DNA of 64,000 nt from Clostridia bacterium (GTDB taxonomy: Bacteria; Bacillota; Clostridia; Christensenellales; UBA1242), in contig JAFUSR010000004.1 of assembly GCA_017467585.1 (NCBI GenBank), forward strand, positions 77,918 through 141,917. Reading direction: 5' to 3'. How positions within the stretch are numbered: position 1 is the stretch's first letter; the number at the start of each line of letters is the position of its first letter. The notes under the pieces are model-generated. The model saw only the letters and a list, made by a program, of their open reading frames with translations. It had not been told where the DNA came from and searched no databases. The position numbers and the translations under genes are program-made. Positions 44,261 to 53,721 of the stretch are shown piece after piece.

Positions 44261-44292
44261 AAAAAAGCAACAATAAAAACGTTGCTTTTTTT
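44261..44292 (+). terminator. Rho-independent terminator
   Basis: The sequence is aaaaAAGCAACaataaaaacGTTGCTTttttt. Confidence 0.7.
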
Positions 44293-44318
44293 GTTGCCCA
44301 AATTTTTAAAAAGATATA

Positions 44319-44347
44319 TTTACAAAACAAATGTTCAATGATATAAT
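44319..44347 (+). promoter_or_regulatory. Candidate sigma-A promoter of the HicB-like three-gene operon
   Basis: TTTACA, 17 nt, TATAAT, leaving a leader of roughly 95 nt before the ATG at 44444. Confidence 0.5.
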
Positions 44348-44443
44348 CTATTTAGTCAGTAAGAAAAAGACTAAAATCATTTTACATTTGAAGTTTGACC
44401 GTGATATTATTATTTTGAATAATTATCAAACAGGGGAACAACA

Positions 44444-44776
44444 ATGAACAAATGTATCTATCCATTGGTTATATATGCTGATAAAGAGGAACAAATGTAT
44501 TTATCTCTATTTCCAGATTTAGACTTATCTGCGTCTGGCGACACAATAGAAGAGGTATATTTAGATGCCCTTGAAAATCTTCAAACATATTTGACTCTTG
44601 CAAAGAAGTTTGATTCAGAAATTCCAACAGCGAGCACTTTTGAAGAGATGTCAACAATGAACCCAAAACGCGTTGTCCTTTTGGCTATGGTAGAGATAGA
44701 TTTAGATAATTTAGCACTTACTGATTCTGAACAACAATACAAAAACTTTTTACAGAAATTAATCGTGGAGGGCTAA
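44444..44776 (+). CDS. HicB-like (UPF0150 / HicB_lk_antitox-type) domain protein, 110 aa, with no recognisable DNA-binding domain
   Basis: YPLVIYADKEEQMYLSLFPDLDLSASGDTIEEVYLDALENLQTYL...EIPTAST matches the HicB N-domain pattern (YP.v...e.dg.y.v.fPDlpg..t.GdT.eEa...a.eaL.l.l......iP.p). Confidence 0.55.
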   Translation: MNKCIYPLVIYADKEEQMYLSLFPDLDLSASGDTIEEVYLDALENLQTYLTLAKKFDSEIPTASTFEEMSTMNPKRVVLLAMVEIDLDNLALTDSEQQYKNFLQKLIVEG

Positions 44777-44780
44777 AATA

Positions 44781-45146
44781 ATGGAAAACACACAAAACTT
44801 ATCTAAAACAAAGGCTGAAGTTATCAATCGTGCAATAGAAAAAGGCTTTGGAGTAGATATTACAGAAAACAAAGTAACATTATTTACGGTCGATACAACA
44901 ACAAACAAATTGTTTCAATATAGCATTAAATCTGGCCGAATGGACGAAAAAGATCTAATGGGTTTTAAAAATTATTTGAATTCTTATAACCTCACAGCCG
45001 GTCCAGAACTTGCAGAATATTCACAAGCAATCAGAGAAACTTTAATTCAAAACTTAACAAACAATCCTAATTTTCAAGATGTTGTAGAAATTCTAAAAAC
45101 AGCATCAAAAGCCGACGAAACTAGCGAGTTTGGTGCCGAGGCGTAA
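44781..45146 (+). CDS. Hypothetical protein, 121 aa
   Basis: It starts 4 nt after the stop of the preceding gene (GGAGGG RBS inside that gene's 3-prime end). I recognise no motif. Confidence 0.6.
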   Translation: MENTQNLSKTKAEVINRAIEKGFGVDITENKVTLFTVDTTTNKLFQYSIKSGRMDEKDLMGFKNYLNSYNLTAGPELAEYSQAIRETLIQNLTNNPNFQDVVEILKTASKADETSEFGAEA

Positions 45147-45149
45147 TCT

Positions 45150-45677
45150 ATGCACGATAACATAGACTTACACAAGCTGGCAGAAACTGTTGGTTGGCAA
45201 GCAACCTACGTTGACGAAGGTTACACAGGATATGAATATACCGAAAACGTAAAAAACATTGAAAGTTTGTGTCATGTTCTCAAACTATACGACGATTTGG
45301 TTTATGAAAACTACAAACAGACCTTCGATGCAATCATAGAAGTTTTGCCTAAAAAGCTTGTTAAAAAAATAAAAAAGCTCACAAAAAAATGCGACCCAAA
45401 CAACATCAACAACGTGCTGGATCTTGCTTGTTATGAGGTTCAAGAATACAGGCTTCAAACAACCTACAACAAATTGTTCAACTATGGTTGCATGGTTGGA
45501 ATCGATATTTCAGATCATGGTTATTTGTTTCAGTACGAAATGACAAAAAAACAAAAGAGAAAAATATTGTCTTTCATTGAGAGCAAGCTTCCAATTGATG
45601 TTGCTCCAAAGCTTGGCAAAATCAAAAAAATAGACTACAAAATTGCATATGCAAAACAAAATTCAATAAAGATTTAA
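45150..45677 (+). CDS. Hypothetical protein, 175 aa
   Basis: It starts 3 nt after the stop of the preceding gene. It has a Lys-rich central segment (KKLVKKIKKLTKK), and I recognise no motif. Confidence 0.6.
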   Translation: MHDNIDLHKLAETVGWQATYVDEGYTGYEYTENVKNIESLCHVLKLYDDLVYENYKQTFDAIIEVLPKKLVKKIKKLTKKCDPNNINNVLDLACYEVQEYRLQTTYNKLFNYGCMVGIDISDHGYLFQYEMTKKQKRKILSFIESKLPIDVAPKLGKIKKIDYKIAYAKQNSIKI

Positions 45678-45710
45678 AAGCTCAGTTTGTTCTGGGCTTT
45701 TAATTTTTAT
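45678..45710 (+). terminator. Rho-independent terminator of the three-gene operon
   Basis: The sequence is aAGCTCAG-tttgtt-CTGGGCTttt, with one G-U pair, then a T-rich tract. Confidence 0.6.
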
Positions 45711-45739
45711 TAAAAAGTTTAAAAAAATCAAAAATTATA

Positions 45740-45768
45740 TTGACTTATTGAGTTTTGTTTGATAGAAT
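45740..45768 (+). promoter_or_regulatory. Candidate sigma-A promoter of rpsL-rpsG
   Basis: TTGACT, 17 nt, TAGAAT, leaving a roughly 130-nt leader before rpsL. Confidence 0.55.
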
Positions 45769-45898
45769 AACAACGCATGAAAATTCGTGCTTAGTATTTT
45801 TTGTGAGCATTTTTATAGGTGTGTAGAAAGGTTCACGGGCATGCTAAGAATTTCTCCATGGGGCTGGAGGGTTCACTATTTTTATAGGAGGTAGAACT

Positions 45899-46276
45899 AT
45901 GCCAACCGTAGCTCAATTAATCCGTCATGGCAAAGGCAGAAAGGATAAAGTTGCAAAACCAAAATCACCAATTTTGGAACAATGCCCTCAAAAGAGAGGC
46001 GTTTGTCTTTCTGTTTCAACCACTTCTCCAAAGAAACCTAACTCTGCGCTTAGAAAAATCGCAAGAGTAAGACTTTCAAACAAGCAAGAAGGAACGGTTT
46101 ATATTCCAGGTATTGGCCACAATCTTCAAGAGCACAGTGTTGTTCTTATTCGTGGCGGTCGTGTTAAAGACCTTCCTGGTGTTCGTTACCATATTGTTCG
46201 CGGAACACTTGATACAGCCGGTGTTAAAGACCGCAAACAAGCAAGAAGCAAATATGGTGCTAAACGCCCTAAATAG
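45899..46276 (+). CDS. rpsL: 30S ribosomal protein S12
   Basis: 125 aa. MPTVAQLIR...[10 protein letters not shown]...[17 protein letters not shown]. Confidence 0.97.
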   Translation: MPTVAQLIRHGKGRKDKVAKPKSPILEQCPQKRGVCLSVSTTSPKKPNSALRKIARVRLSNKQEGTVYIPGIGHNLQEHSVVLIRGGRVKDLPGVRYHIVRGTLDTAGVKDRKQARSKYGAKRPK

Positions 46277-46322
46277 AATTAGCGTTTAGATTTTTTTAAT
46301 TAATTTTAATGGAGGAAATATC

Positions 46323-46793
46323 ATGTCAAGAAGAAATGCTGCCGAAGTAAGAGATGTCCTTCCAGATCCAGTTTATAACAGAAAAGATATAACAAAACTT
46401 ATAAACCAAGTTATGGAAGATGGCAAACGTACAATCGCTCAAAAGATTGTTTATGGCGCACTAGAGACAAGTTCAAGCAAGCTTGGTGTAGCACCAATGG
46501 ATTTGTGGGACAAAGCTCTTGAGAATATCAAACCTGTTCTCGAAGTTAAAGCTCGCCGTGTTGGTGGTGCAACATACCAAGTTCCAATGGAAATCAGACC
46601 AGTCCGTCGTCAAACTCTTGCAATTCGTTGGATTGTAGAATCAGCAAGAAAACGTAGCGAAAGAGGAATGGACGCAAGACTCGCTGGAGAACTTATGGAC
46701 GCATATAACCAAGCTGGTGGTGCATTCAAACGCAAAGAAGAAATGCACAGAATGGCAGAAGCTAACAAGGCTTTCGCATCATACCGCTGGTAA
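46323..46793 (+). CDS. rpsG: 30S ribosomal protein S7
   Basis: 156 aa. [19 protein letters not shown]...[13 protein letters not shown]...[13 protein letters not shown]. Confidence 0.97.
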   Translation: MSRRNAAEVRDVLPDPVYNRKDITKLINQVMEDGKRTIAQKIVYGALETSSSKLGVAPMDLWDKALENIKPVLEVKARRVGGATYQVPMEIRPVRRQTLAIRWIVESARKRSERGMDARLAGELMDAYNQAGGAFKRKEEMHRMAEANKAFASYRW

Positions 46794-46868
46794 AATCAAA
46801 CACGCAACTTAAACAGGCAATCTTTGTCTGTTTAATTTGTATTTTAGCAGATGAATTTTTTGCTAAAG

Positions 46869-46908
46869 TTTTGACAAAAATCATAGCAAATTAGAAATTT
46901 TGTCAAAA
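46869..46908. repeat. 11-bp perfect inverted repeat in the rpsG-fusA spacer
   Basis: TTTTGACAAAA (46869-46879) and TTTTGTCAAAA (46898-46908) are separated by an 18-nt spacer. The left arm contains a TTGACA hexamer. Confidence 0.5.
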
Positions 46909-46965
46909 ACATAAATAGAATTAATTAATTTATAGATGTTTTTTATAAAAAATAACTGAAATCAT

Positions 46966-46994
46966 TTGGCTTTTTTATAAAAATATTTTATAAT
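46966..46994 (+). promoter_or_regulatory. Candidate internal promoter for fusA-tuf
   Basis: TTGGCT, 17 nt, TATAAT, followed by the hairpin GTGGAA-ta-TTCCAC in the leader. Confidence 0.35.
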
Positions 46995-47060
46995 GTTATG
47001 GTAGATTTGTGTGGAATATTTCCACTCAAGTCGCGCTAGATGTAGGAGAAAAAACATATT

Positions 47061-49139
47061 ATGCCAAGAGATTACGCATTAGAAAAAATTAGAAACATTG
47101 GTATTATGGCCCACATTGATGCCGGAAAGACTACAACTACAGAACGTATTTTGTATTACACCGGAAAATCTCACAAGATTGGTGAAGTTCACGACGGACA
47201 GGCCACTATGGACTGGATGGCGCAAGAACAAGAACGTGGTATCACTATCACTTCTGCTGCAACAACTTGTATGTGGAAAAATCATAAAATCAACATTATC
47301 GACACCCCAGGACACGTAGACTTCACTGTTGAAGTTGAACGTAGCTTGAAGGTTCTTGATGGTGCTATCGAACTCTTTACTGCTAAAGAAGGTGTTCAAG
47401 CACAATCTATCAAAGTTTGGAAACAAGCCGATAAATATCATGTTCCAAGAATTGCTTATGTTAACAAAATGGATATCTTGGGCGCTGACTTCTTTGCAGC
47501 CGTTCAAGCCATGAGAGAGCAACTTGGTGCAAATGCTGTTCCTCTTCAAATTCCAATCGGAAAAGAAGACACATTCAGAGGAATTGTAGACCTTGTTGAA
47601 ATGAAAGCTGAAATCTACAAAGATGACGAAGGCAAAGTAATCGAAACAGTTGAAATTCCTGAAGACTTAAAAGGCACAGCTCAAAAATATCATGACGAAC
47701 TCATTGAAAAAGTTGCTGAACTTGATGATGAGCTTTTGGAAAAATATTTCAACGGAGAAGAACTTACAGTTCCTGAAATCAAAAGAGCAATCAGAAAGGG
47801 CACAATTGATTTGGCTATCACACCAGTTCTTTGTGGTTCATCATACAAAAACAAGGGAACACAACTTTTGCTTGATGCAGTTGTAGACTACTTCCCAAGC
47901 CCAGTGGACATTCCACCAGTTGAAGGCGTAGACCCAGACACAAACCAAAAGATAGTAAGAAAAGCTAGCGATAGCGAACCACTCAGCGGTCTTGCATTTA
48001 AAATTGCAAAAGACCAATTCGGAACACTTACATTCTTTAGAATTTATTCTGGAAAAATCACTTCAGGAAGCTATGTTTACAATAGCAACAAAGGAACAAA
48101 AGAGAGAATCGGTCGTCTTGTTCGTATGCACGCTAACAGCAGAACAGAAGAAACTGAAGCATATGCTGGTGATATCGTTGCTCTTGTTGGTCTTAAGGAC
48201 ACAACAACTGGTGAAACACTCTGCGACGAAAACCACCCAATCATTCTCGACCCAATGGAATTCCCAGAACCAGTTATTAGCCTAGCAGTTGAGCCAAAAA
48301 CAAAGGCCGACCAAGAAAAAATGGCTAACGCACTTAAAAAACTTTCAGAAGAAGACCCATCATTCCGTCGACACACAGACCAAGAAACAGGTCAAACAAT
48401 CATCGAAGGAATGGGAGAACTTCACCTTGATATCATCGTTGACCGTATGCGCAGAGAATACCACGTTGAATGTAATGTTGGTGCTCCTCAAGTTGCATAT
48501 CGTGAAACCATTAAAACACCAGTATCAGTTGAAGGAAAATATATCCGTCAATCTGGTGGTAAAGGTCAATATGGACACTGCTTGGTTCGCTTCGAACCAT
48601 TGCCTGCCGGAAGTGGTTACCAATTTGTTGATGAAACAGTTGGTGGTTCAATTCCAAAGGAATATATTCCAGCAGTAGACAAGGGTATTCAAGAAGCAAA
48701 GATGAGCGGTGTGCTTGCCGGATACGAAACAGTTGACTTCAAAGCAACAGTTTATGACGGAAGCTACCACGAAGTCGACTCTTCAGAAATGGCCTTCAAG
48801 ATTGCCGCATCAATGGCATTCAAAGATGGCATGAAGAAGGGCAATCCAGTTATCCTCGAGCCAATCATGAGCGTCGAAATCGAAGTTCCTGATCAATACC
48901 TCGGAGATGTTATGGGCGACGTAAGCAAACGTCGTGGAAACGTAACAGGAACAAGTTCTAAAAACGGAATGCAAACAATCAGAGCAGAAATTCCACTTGC
49001 AGAAATGTTTGGTTATGTTAGTGACCTTAGAAGCAACACTCAAGGTCGCGGAAACTACACAATGGAACCTTCACACTATGCAGAAGTTCCACGCAATGTT
49101 GCAGAAAAAATAATTGGTGACAATGCTAAAAAAGCATAA
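47061..49139 (+). CDS. fusA: Elongation factor G
   Basis: 692 aa. ...[26 protein letters not shown]... with full-length EF-G architecture. Confidence 0.98.
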   Translation: MPRDYALEKIRNIGIMAHIDAGKTTTTERILYYTGKSHKIGEVHDGQATMDWMAQEQERGITITSAATTCMWKNHKINIIDTPGHVDFTVEVERSLKVLDGAIELFTAKEGVQAQSIKVWKQADKYHVPRIAYVNKMDILGADFFAAVQAMREQLGANAVPLQIPIGKEDTFRGIVDLVEMKAEIYKDDEGKVIETVEIPEDLKGTAQKYHDELIEKVAELDDELLEKYFNGEELTVPEIKRAIRKGTIDLAITPVLCGSSYKNKGTQLLLDAVVDYFPSPVDIPPVEGVDPDTNQKIVRKASDSEPLSGLAFKIAKDQFGTLTFFRIYSGKITSGSYVYNSNKGTKERIGRLVRMHANSRTEETEAYAGDIVALVGLKDTTTGETLCDENHPIILDPMEFPEPVISLAVEPKTKADQEKMANALKKLSEEDPSFRRHTDQETGQTIIEGMGELHLDIIVDRMRREYHVECNVGAPQVAYRETIKTPVSVEGKYIRQSGGKGQYGHCLVRFEPLPAGSGYQFVDETVGGSIPKEYIPAVDKGIQEAKMSGVLAGYETVDFKATVYDGSYHEVDSSEMAFKIAASMAFKDGMKKGNPVILEPIMSVEIEVPDQYLGDVMGDVSKRRGNVTGTSSKNGMQTIRAEIPLAEMFGYVSDLRSNTQGRGNYTMEPSHYAEVPRNVAEKIIGDNAKKA

Positions 49140-49171
49140 AAATAAATCACAAAAAAATAAGGAGAAAAATA

Positions 49172-50389
49172 ATGGCAAAAGCAAAATTTGACAACACAAA
49201 ACCTCACGTTAACGTCGGAACAATCGGCCACGTTGACCACGGTAAAACAACTCTTTCTGCTGCAATTTCTTTCATCATGGCTCATGATTATGATCCAAAC
49301 AGCAAAGAAGTAAAAGACTACGATCAAATCGACTCTGCTCCAGAAGAGAAGGCAAGAGGTATTACAATTAACACAGCTCACATTGAATACCAAACAGCAA
49401 ACAGACACTATGCACACGTTGACTGCCCAGGACACGCTGACTATGTTAAAAACATGATCACCGGTGCTGCACAAATGGACGGTGCAATCCTTGTTGTTGC
49501 TGCAACTGATGGCGTTATGCCACAAACAAGAGAACACATTCTTCTTGCTCGTCAGGTTGGCGTTCCAAAAATTGTTGTATTTATGAACAAAATGGACCAA
49601 CTTGGTGGCGACGAAGAACTTGCTGACCTTGTAGATATGGAAGTAAGAGAACTTCTTACACAATACGGATTCGACGGAGACAACACTCCAATCATCCGTG
49701 GTTCTGCTTTCCAAGCTCTTGAAGATGCAAAAGCAGGCAAATGGGATAGTCCATGGGTTAACGGCGTAAGAGAACTTATGGAAGCTGTTGACAAATACAT
49801 CCCAACACCAGCCCGTGACAATGACAAACCATTCTTGATGCCAATCGAAGACGTTTTCACAATCACAGGTCGTGGAACAGTAGTTACTGGTCGTGTAGAA
49901 CGTGGTGTTCTTAAACTTAACGACACAGTAGAAATCGTTGGTTTGAAACAAGAAAAAATGTCAACAGTAGTAACTGGCATCGAAATGTTCCGTAAACTTC
50001 TTGACGAAGCTGTTGCTGGTTATAACATTGGTGTTCTGCTTCGTGGTATCCAAAGAACAGACGTAGAACGCGGACAAGTTCTTTGCAAACCAGGCACAAT
50101 TCATCCACACACAGACTTCACAGCAGAAGTTTATGTTCTTACAAAAGACGAAGGTGGTCGTCACACACCATTCTTCAACAACTATCGTCCACAATTCTAC
50201 TTCAGAACAACAGACGTTACAGGTTCAATTGAACTTCCACAAGGCACCGAAATGGTTATGCCTGGCGATAACACAGGAATGACAGTTCGTCTTATCACTC
50301 CAGTAGCTATCGAAGAGGGAATGCGTTTCGCTATTCGTGAAGGTGGCAGAACAGTTGGTTCTGGTGTTGTATCTAAAATTCTTAAATAA
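49172..50389 (+). CDS. tuf: Elongation factor Tu
   Basis: 405 aa. ...[17 protein letters not shown]...[26 protein letters not shown]... Confidence 0.98.
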   Translation: MAKAKFDNTKPHVNVGTIGHVDHGKTTLSAAISFIMAHDYDPNSKEVKDYDQIDSAPEEKARGITINTAHIEYQTANRHYAHVDCPGHADYVKNMITGAAQMDGAILVVAATDGVMPQTREHILLARQVGVPKIVVFMNKMDQLGGDEELADLVDMEVRELLTQYGFDGDNTPIIRGSAFQALEDAKAGKWDSPWVNGVRELMEAVDKYIPTPARDNDKPFLMPIEDVFTITGRGTVVTGRVERGVLKLNDTVEIVGLKQEKMSTVVTGIEMFRKLLDEAVAGYNIGVLLRGIQRTDVERGQVLCKPGTIHPHTDFTAEVYVLTKDEGGRHTPFFNNYRPQFYFRTTDVTGSIELPQGTEMVMPGDNTGMTVRLITPVAIEEGMRFAIREGGRTVGSGVVSKILK

Positions 50390-50410
50390 TTTTAGAAATA
50401 ATTCACTATA

Positions 50411-50443
50411 ACACAAAAAGGGAGCAATTTGCTTCCTTTTTTG
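50411..50443 (+). terminator. tuf terminator, which is copy 1 of a perfect 33-bp direct repeat
   Basis: The sequence is acacaaaaaGGGAGCAattTGCTTCCttttttg, identical to 52030-52062. Confidence 0.85.
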
Positions 50444-50491
50444 TTTCACAAAACATATAGATTTATATTTAAAATTGCAATTTGCAAAAAG

Positions 50492-50521
50492 TTGACAACA
50501 CGCTTTAAATTTTATTATCAT
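50492..50521 (+). promoter_or_regulatory. Candidate promoter of the repeat-lipoprotein gene
   Basis: TTGACA, 18 nt, TATCAT. Confidence 0.4.
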
Positions 50522-50552
50522 AATATTGAGAGAAAATGTTTGGAGAAAATTT

Positions 50553-51950
50553 GTGAAGAAATTGATTTACACCTTGCTCACAATGCTTTTCTTAATTCCT
50601 ATTGGAATGGCTTTTTCAGGCTGCACAAATGCATATTGTGTTAACTTTATGGTTAATGGAAGGATATACAAGTCAGTGCAAGTGCAACCAGGTGAGTCAA
50701 TAGGAAGAATCGATGACCCAGAAAAAGATGGTTATGTTTTTGAGGGATGGTATTTTTCTGAAAGTCAAGATGCACAAAAGTTTAATTTTGAGGCTTCTCA
50801 AATAAACTCAAATGTTACACTTTATGCAAAATGGAGTAAAAACAACTATACAATTGTATACAAAAATATGGAGGACGCAACAAATCACCCAAACAATCCA
50901 ACATCTTATTCTGTTGAAACTCCAACCTTTTCACTCAACAATCCAACAAAAGACAACTTTGTTTTTGAGGGATGGCATCTTAAGCAAGATTTTTCTGATG
51001 AAAAAGTAACAACAATTTATGCGGGAACAACGGGCGACCTTTTGTTATATGCAAATTGGCTTCCTGTTTCATATAACATAACATATGTGTTAAATGGTGG
51101 CTACAACGATGAGAAAAACCCATCTAATTATAATCCCGAAAGCATAATTCGCCTTGCTCCGCCTGTAAGAGATTTTTATAATTTTGAGGGGTGGTATTTA
51201 GATAGTGAATTTTCTAATGGCCCAGTGAACACAATAACTCTAGGGTCGAGTGGAGATAAGACATTTTATGCCAAGTGGTCAATAATTGAATACACAATTA
51301 CTTATAACCTAAATAATGGAACAAATGACTTGAGAAACCCATCATCCTACACGAACAAAAGTTTAGATATAACCATTTATGATGCAGAAAAAGCCAACTA
51401 TGAGTTTTTGGGTTGGTATAATGAAGAAGGCGAAAAAATAACAGAAATTCCAGAGGGTTCATCCGGCAACTTAGTGTTAGAGGCTGTTTTTGAACCAATT
51501 TTATATTCAATTGTTTATCATAACACAGAAGGTGCAACCATTCCATCAACAAACCCAATTCATTACACCGTGGAATCTCCAACATTAACACTTGCAAATC
51601 CAACTAGAACCGCATATATTTTTCAAGGCTGGTATACAAATGAACAAATGACTGGTCAAAAAATTACACAAATTGTTGCAGGCTCAAGTGGCAAAATAGA
51701 TTTGTTTGCCAAGTGGGATGCCTACAACTATAGCATAAACTATGTCTTAAATGGAGGAATAAACAACGAATATAACCCTGCAACATTCACTGTGGTAGAT
51801 GTGGTTCCGCTTTTAGCCCCAACAAAAGAAGGTTATTCGTTTGATGGGTGGTACTTGCGTTCAGATTTTGTTGGTGATCCAATTGATAAAATTGCGTATG
51901 GCACACACGAGGCAATCACAATTTACGCAAAGTGGAGCATAAACAGCTAA
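50553..51950 (+). CDS. Lipoprotein with six Listeria-Bacteroides (InlB B-repeat-type) repeats
   Basis: I prefer the GTG at 50553 (VKKLIYTLLTMLFLIPIGMAFSGC, giving a signal peptide plus lipobox), with GGAGA 7 nt upstream. Six units carry ...GY/NxFEGWY...LYAKW... signatures. Confidence 0.85.
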   Translation: MKKLIYTLLTMLFLIPIGMAFSGCTNAYCVNFMVNGRIYKSVQVQPGESIGRIDDPEKDGYVFEGWYFSESQDAQKFNFEASQINSNVTLYAKWSKNNYTIVYKNMEDATNHPNNPTSYSVETPTFSLNNPTKDNFVFEGWHLKQDFSDEKVTTIYAGTTGDLLLYANWLPVSYNITYVLNGGYNDEKNPSNYNPESIIRLAPPVRDFYNFEGWYLDSEFSNGPVNTITLGSSGDKTFYAKWSIIEYTITYNLNNGTNDLRNPSSYTNKSLDITIYDAEKANYEFLGWYNEEGEKITEIPEGSSGNLVLEAVFEPILYSIVYHNTEGATIPSTNPIHYTVESPTLTLANPTRTAYIFQGWYTNEQMTGQKITQIVAGSSGKIDLFAKWDAYNYSINYVLNGGINNEYNPATFTVVDVVPLLAPTKEGYSFDGWYLRSDFVGDPIDKIAYGTHEAITIYAKWSINS

Positions 51951-52029
51951 ACAATTAGTTTTAAACCAAATGGTGGAAGCGAAGTAGACATCATAACACA
52001 AAATTGTGGAACAGCAGTTCATAATTTTC

Positions 52030-52062
52030 ACACAAAAAGGGAGCAATTTGCTTCCTTTTTTG
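52030..52062 (+). terminator. Copy 2 of the 33-bp tuf-terminator repeat, terminating the lipoprotein cassette
   Basis: A perfect match to 50411-50443. Confidence 0.85.
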
Positions 52063-52077
52063 ATTCCATTTTAAATA

Positions 52078-52106
52078 TTGACGACTTGCTGCTTGAATGA
52101 TATAAT
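52078..52106 (+). promoter_or_regulatory. Candidate sigma-A promoter
   Basis: TTGACG, 17 nt, TATAAT. The RBS is GGGGGA and the ATG is at 52139. Confidence 0.5.
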
Positions 52107-52138
52107 ATTTATAATAAAAAATATGGGGGAATAAAGCA

Positions 52139-52942
52139 ATGTCAAAACGATTTATGTTAGACGAACTGAACAGTCTTTATGGTGTTGATGTTTCAGACTG
52201 CACCACCCCAGATGAAAAGCTTGAAAAACTTTATGCAACATTTCGTCAGCAACAGAGAGAATATACTGAGAAATATGGCGAAATGGGAGAGGAAGAAGCC
52301 AGACAATTGCTTTATAAGGCTGTTAGCACAAAGGCAAAAAGAATAGAAGATCCTAAAATTAGAGAAGAGTTAAAAATTCACGTAATTAATGCCGTAAAAG
52401 TTTTAACTTGTGCTCAAATGGGCATTGATCCATCGAAAGTTGGTCTCTCAATTATTGACAAAAAAGATGATTTTGAAAGTGAAAACTATGCTCTTGCTGC
52501 CCCAGCACATATTGTAGATTTTAAGCGTAAGTTTGAAGAAGACAATCCCGACAATATGCTTGCTTCTATTGTTGTTTACAAGGATTTATTAAAAATGTTT
52601 CCCGTTCCGGAATTAATGCCTCTATTGTTTCATGAATGTAGACATATTCAACAAATAGAGTTAGAAAAACAAGGCGAAACTTTTGGCAGGGGAACATCAA
52701 AATTTTACGCATTCAGATGGCTAACCGACGGAAGAGAGGCAGATGCAGATAGTTATGCTTACGCACAAACTATGAATATTTATTCTGAGGCTGCACAGGC
52801 AGGTTATGATACAAATTATTTAAAAACCCACAAACGAATTGCCAAATTTGTTCTTGGAGCATACAACAAAGCGCATGATATGTTTGCGGTCTACAGACAA
52901 CCAAGACAAGCTTTGTCGTCAGATACAGAATTATCAAAATAA
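52139..52942 (+). CDS. Hypothetical protein with an HExxH motif (possible zinc metallopeptidase-like fold), 267 aa
   Basis: ...ELMPLLFHECRHIQQIE... is the only recognisable motif. The rest is helical and acidic, and there is no signal peptide. Confidence 0.6.
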   Translation: MSKRFMLDELNSLYGVDVSDCTTPDEKLEKLYATFRQQQREYTEKYGEMGEEEARQLLYKAVSTKAKRIEDPKIREELKIHVINAVKVLTCAQMGIDPSKVGLSIIDKKDDFESENYALAAPAHIVDFKRKFEEDNPDNMLASIVVYKDLLKMFPVPELMPLLFHECRHIQQIELEKQGETFGRGTSKFYAFRWLTDGREADADSYAYAQTMNIYSEAAQAGYDTNYLKTHKRIAKFVLGAYNKAHDMFAVYRQPRQALSSDTELSK

Positions 52943-53082
52943 TCAGTTCACAAATCCCTTATTACGTTGCTCAGAGATGTGAATTCCAATACACTTAAAT
53001 TATAATTTGCAACAAAGAACGCAAAACAGATGTTTAACATATAAAACAACATAAAAAAACGCAAAAAGTGTCAAAACGCAAT

Positions 53083-53112
53083 AAAAAACTTACCAAATTT
53101 GGTAAGTTTTTT
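53083..53112. terminator. Bidirectional terminator
   Basis: aaaaaaCTTACCAAATTTGGTAAGtttttt is a perfect 18-nt palindrome flanked by A6 and T6. Confidence 0.8.
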
Positions 53113-53115
53113 ATT

Positions 53116-53721
53116 TTAAATCTTTAAAATTTTATCAAAAGTGTTTTCTTCAAGAACTTTTTTGTTTTCTTCGAAGTCTGCTTTTATTTCATCGGCTCTT
53201 CTAAAATATTCTTGCTGGGTGTCGACGGTTTCTTTAACCGATAGGGCAGTTTCTTTAATTCTAACCCATTCACATTTGCAATAAACACAAGAGATTGTTT
53301 GATAATAATCACAGCCTCTTCTTAAAACTTCAAACAGTTTTGTTTTTTGTTCTTTGGAAAGGGTTTCTTTGTTTGCAATGTAGTTAACAACCAAGTCTTC
53401 AATTTTTGTCAGAGCATTTCTCAAGTCTTTTTCTGCTGCAGCTTTATAGTTAGTGTCATAAAAAATTTGTGACTTGTTTTCAACAAATGTTTGAAGAAGT
53501 GTGTTGTCGTCAAGTTTTTGTGTAATGATTCCATAAACAGCTTTAATACAAGAGCTTGAACAATCAATAATGTGTTGAAATGTGTTAAGTCTTCTTTGAG
53601 TGATGAGTTCAGTATATCTTTTCTTTTTGTTGTTTTGTGCTGTGAAAATAATGTTCACCATAACGCCACAAAGTGATAATATTCCAACCACAAAAGTAGC
53701 TAAGTTAAAATCTAATTTCAT
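53116..53721 (-). CDS. Hypothetical N-terminally membrane-anchored protein, 201 aa
   Basis: I prefer the ATG at 53721 (MKLDFNLATFVVGILSLCGVMVNIIF...), with GGAGA 8 nt upstream. It has one TM helix followed by a helical soluble part with a Cys cluster (CVYCKCEW). Confidence 0.6.
   Translation of the reverse strand: MKLDFNLATFVVGILSLCGVMVNIIFTAQNNKKKRYTELITQRRLNTFQHIIDCSSSCIKAVYGIITQKLDDNTLLQTFVENKSQIFYDTNYKAAAEKDLRNALTKIEDLVVNYIANKETLSKEQKTKLFEVLRRGCDYYQTISCVYCKCEWVRIKETALSVKETVDTQQEYFRRADEIKADFEENKKVLEENTFDKILKI

Noticed and set aside
49076-49951. A 291-aa minus-strand ORF antisense to the fusA end and tuf start. The same applies to 47079-47549 (-), 49552-49980 (-) and 48077-48376 (-).
   Set aside because: It lies opposite highly conserved EF-G and EF-Tu coding sequence. 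The product is Cys/Phe/Val-rich nonsense, and there is no RBS.
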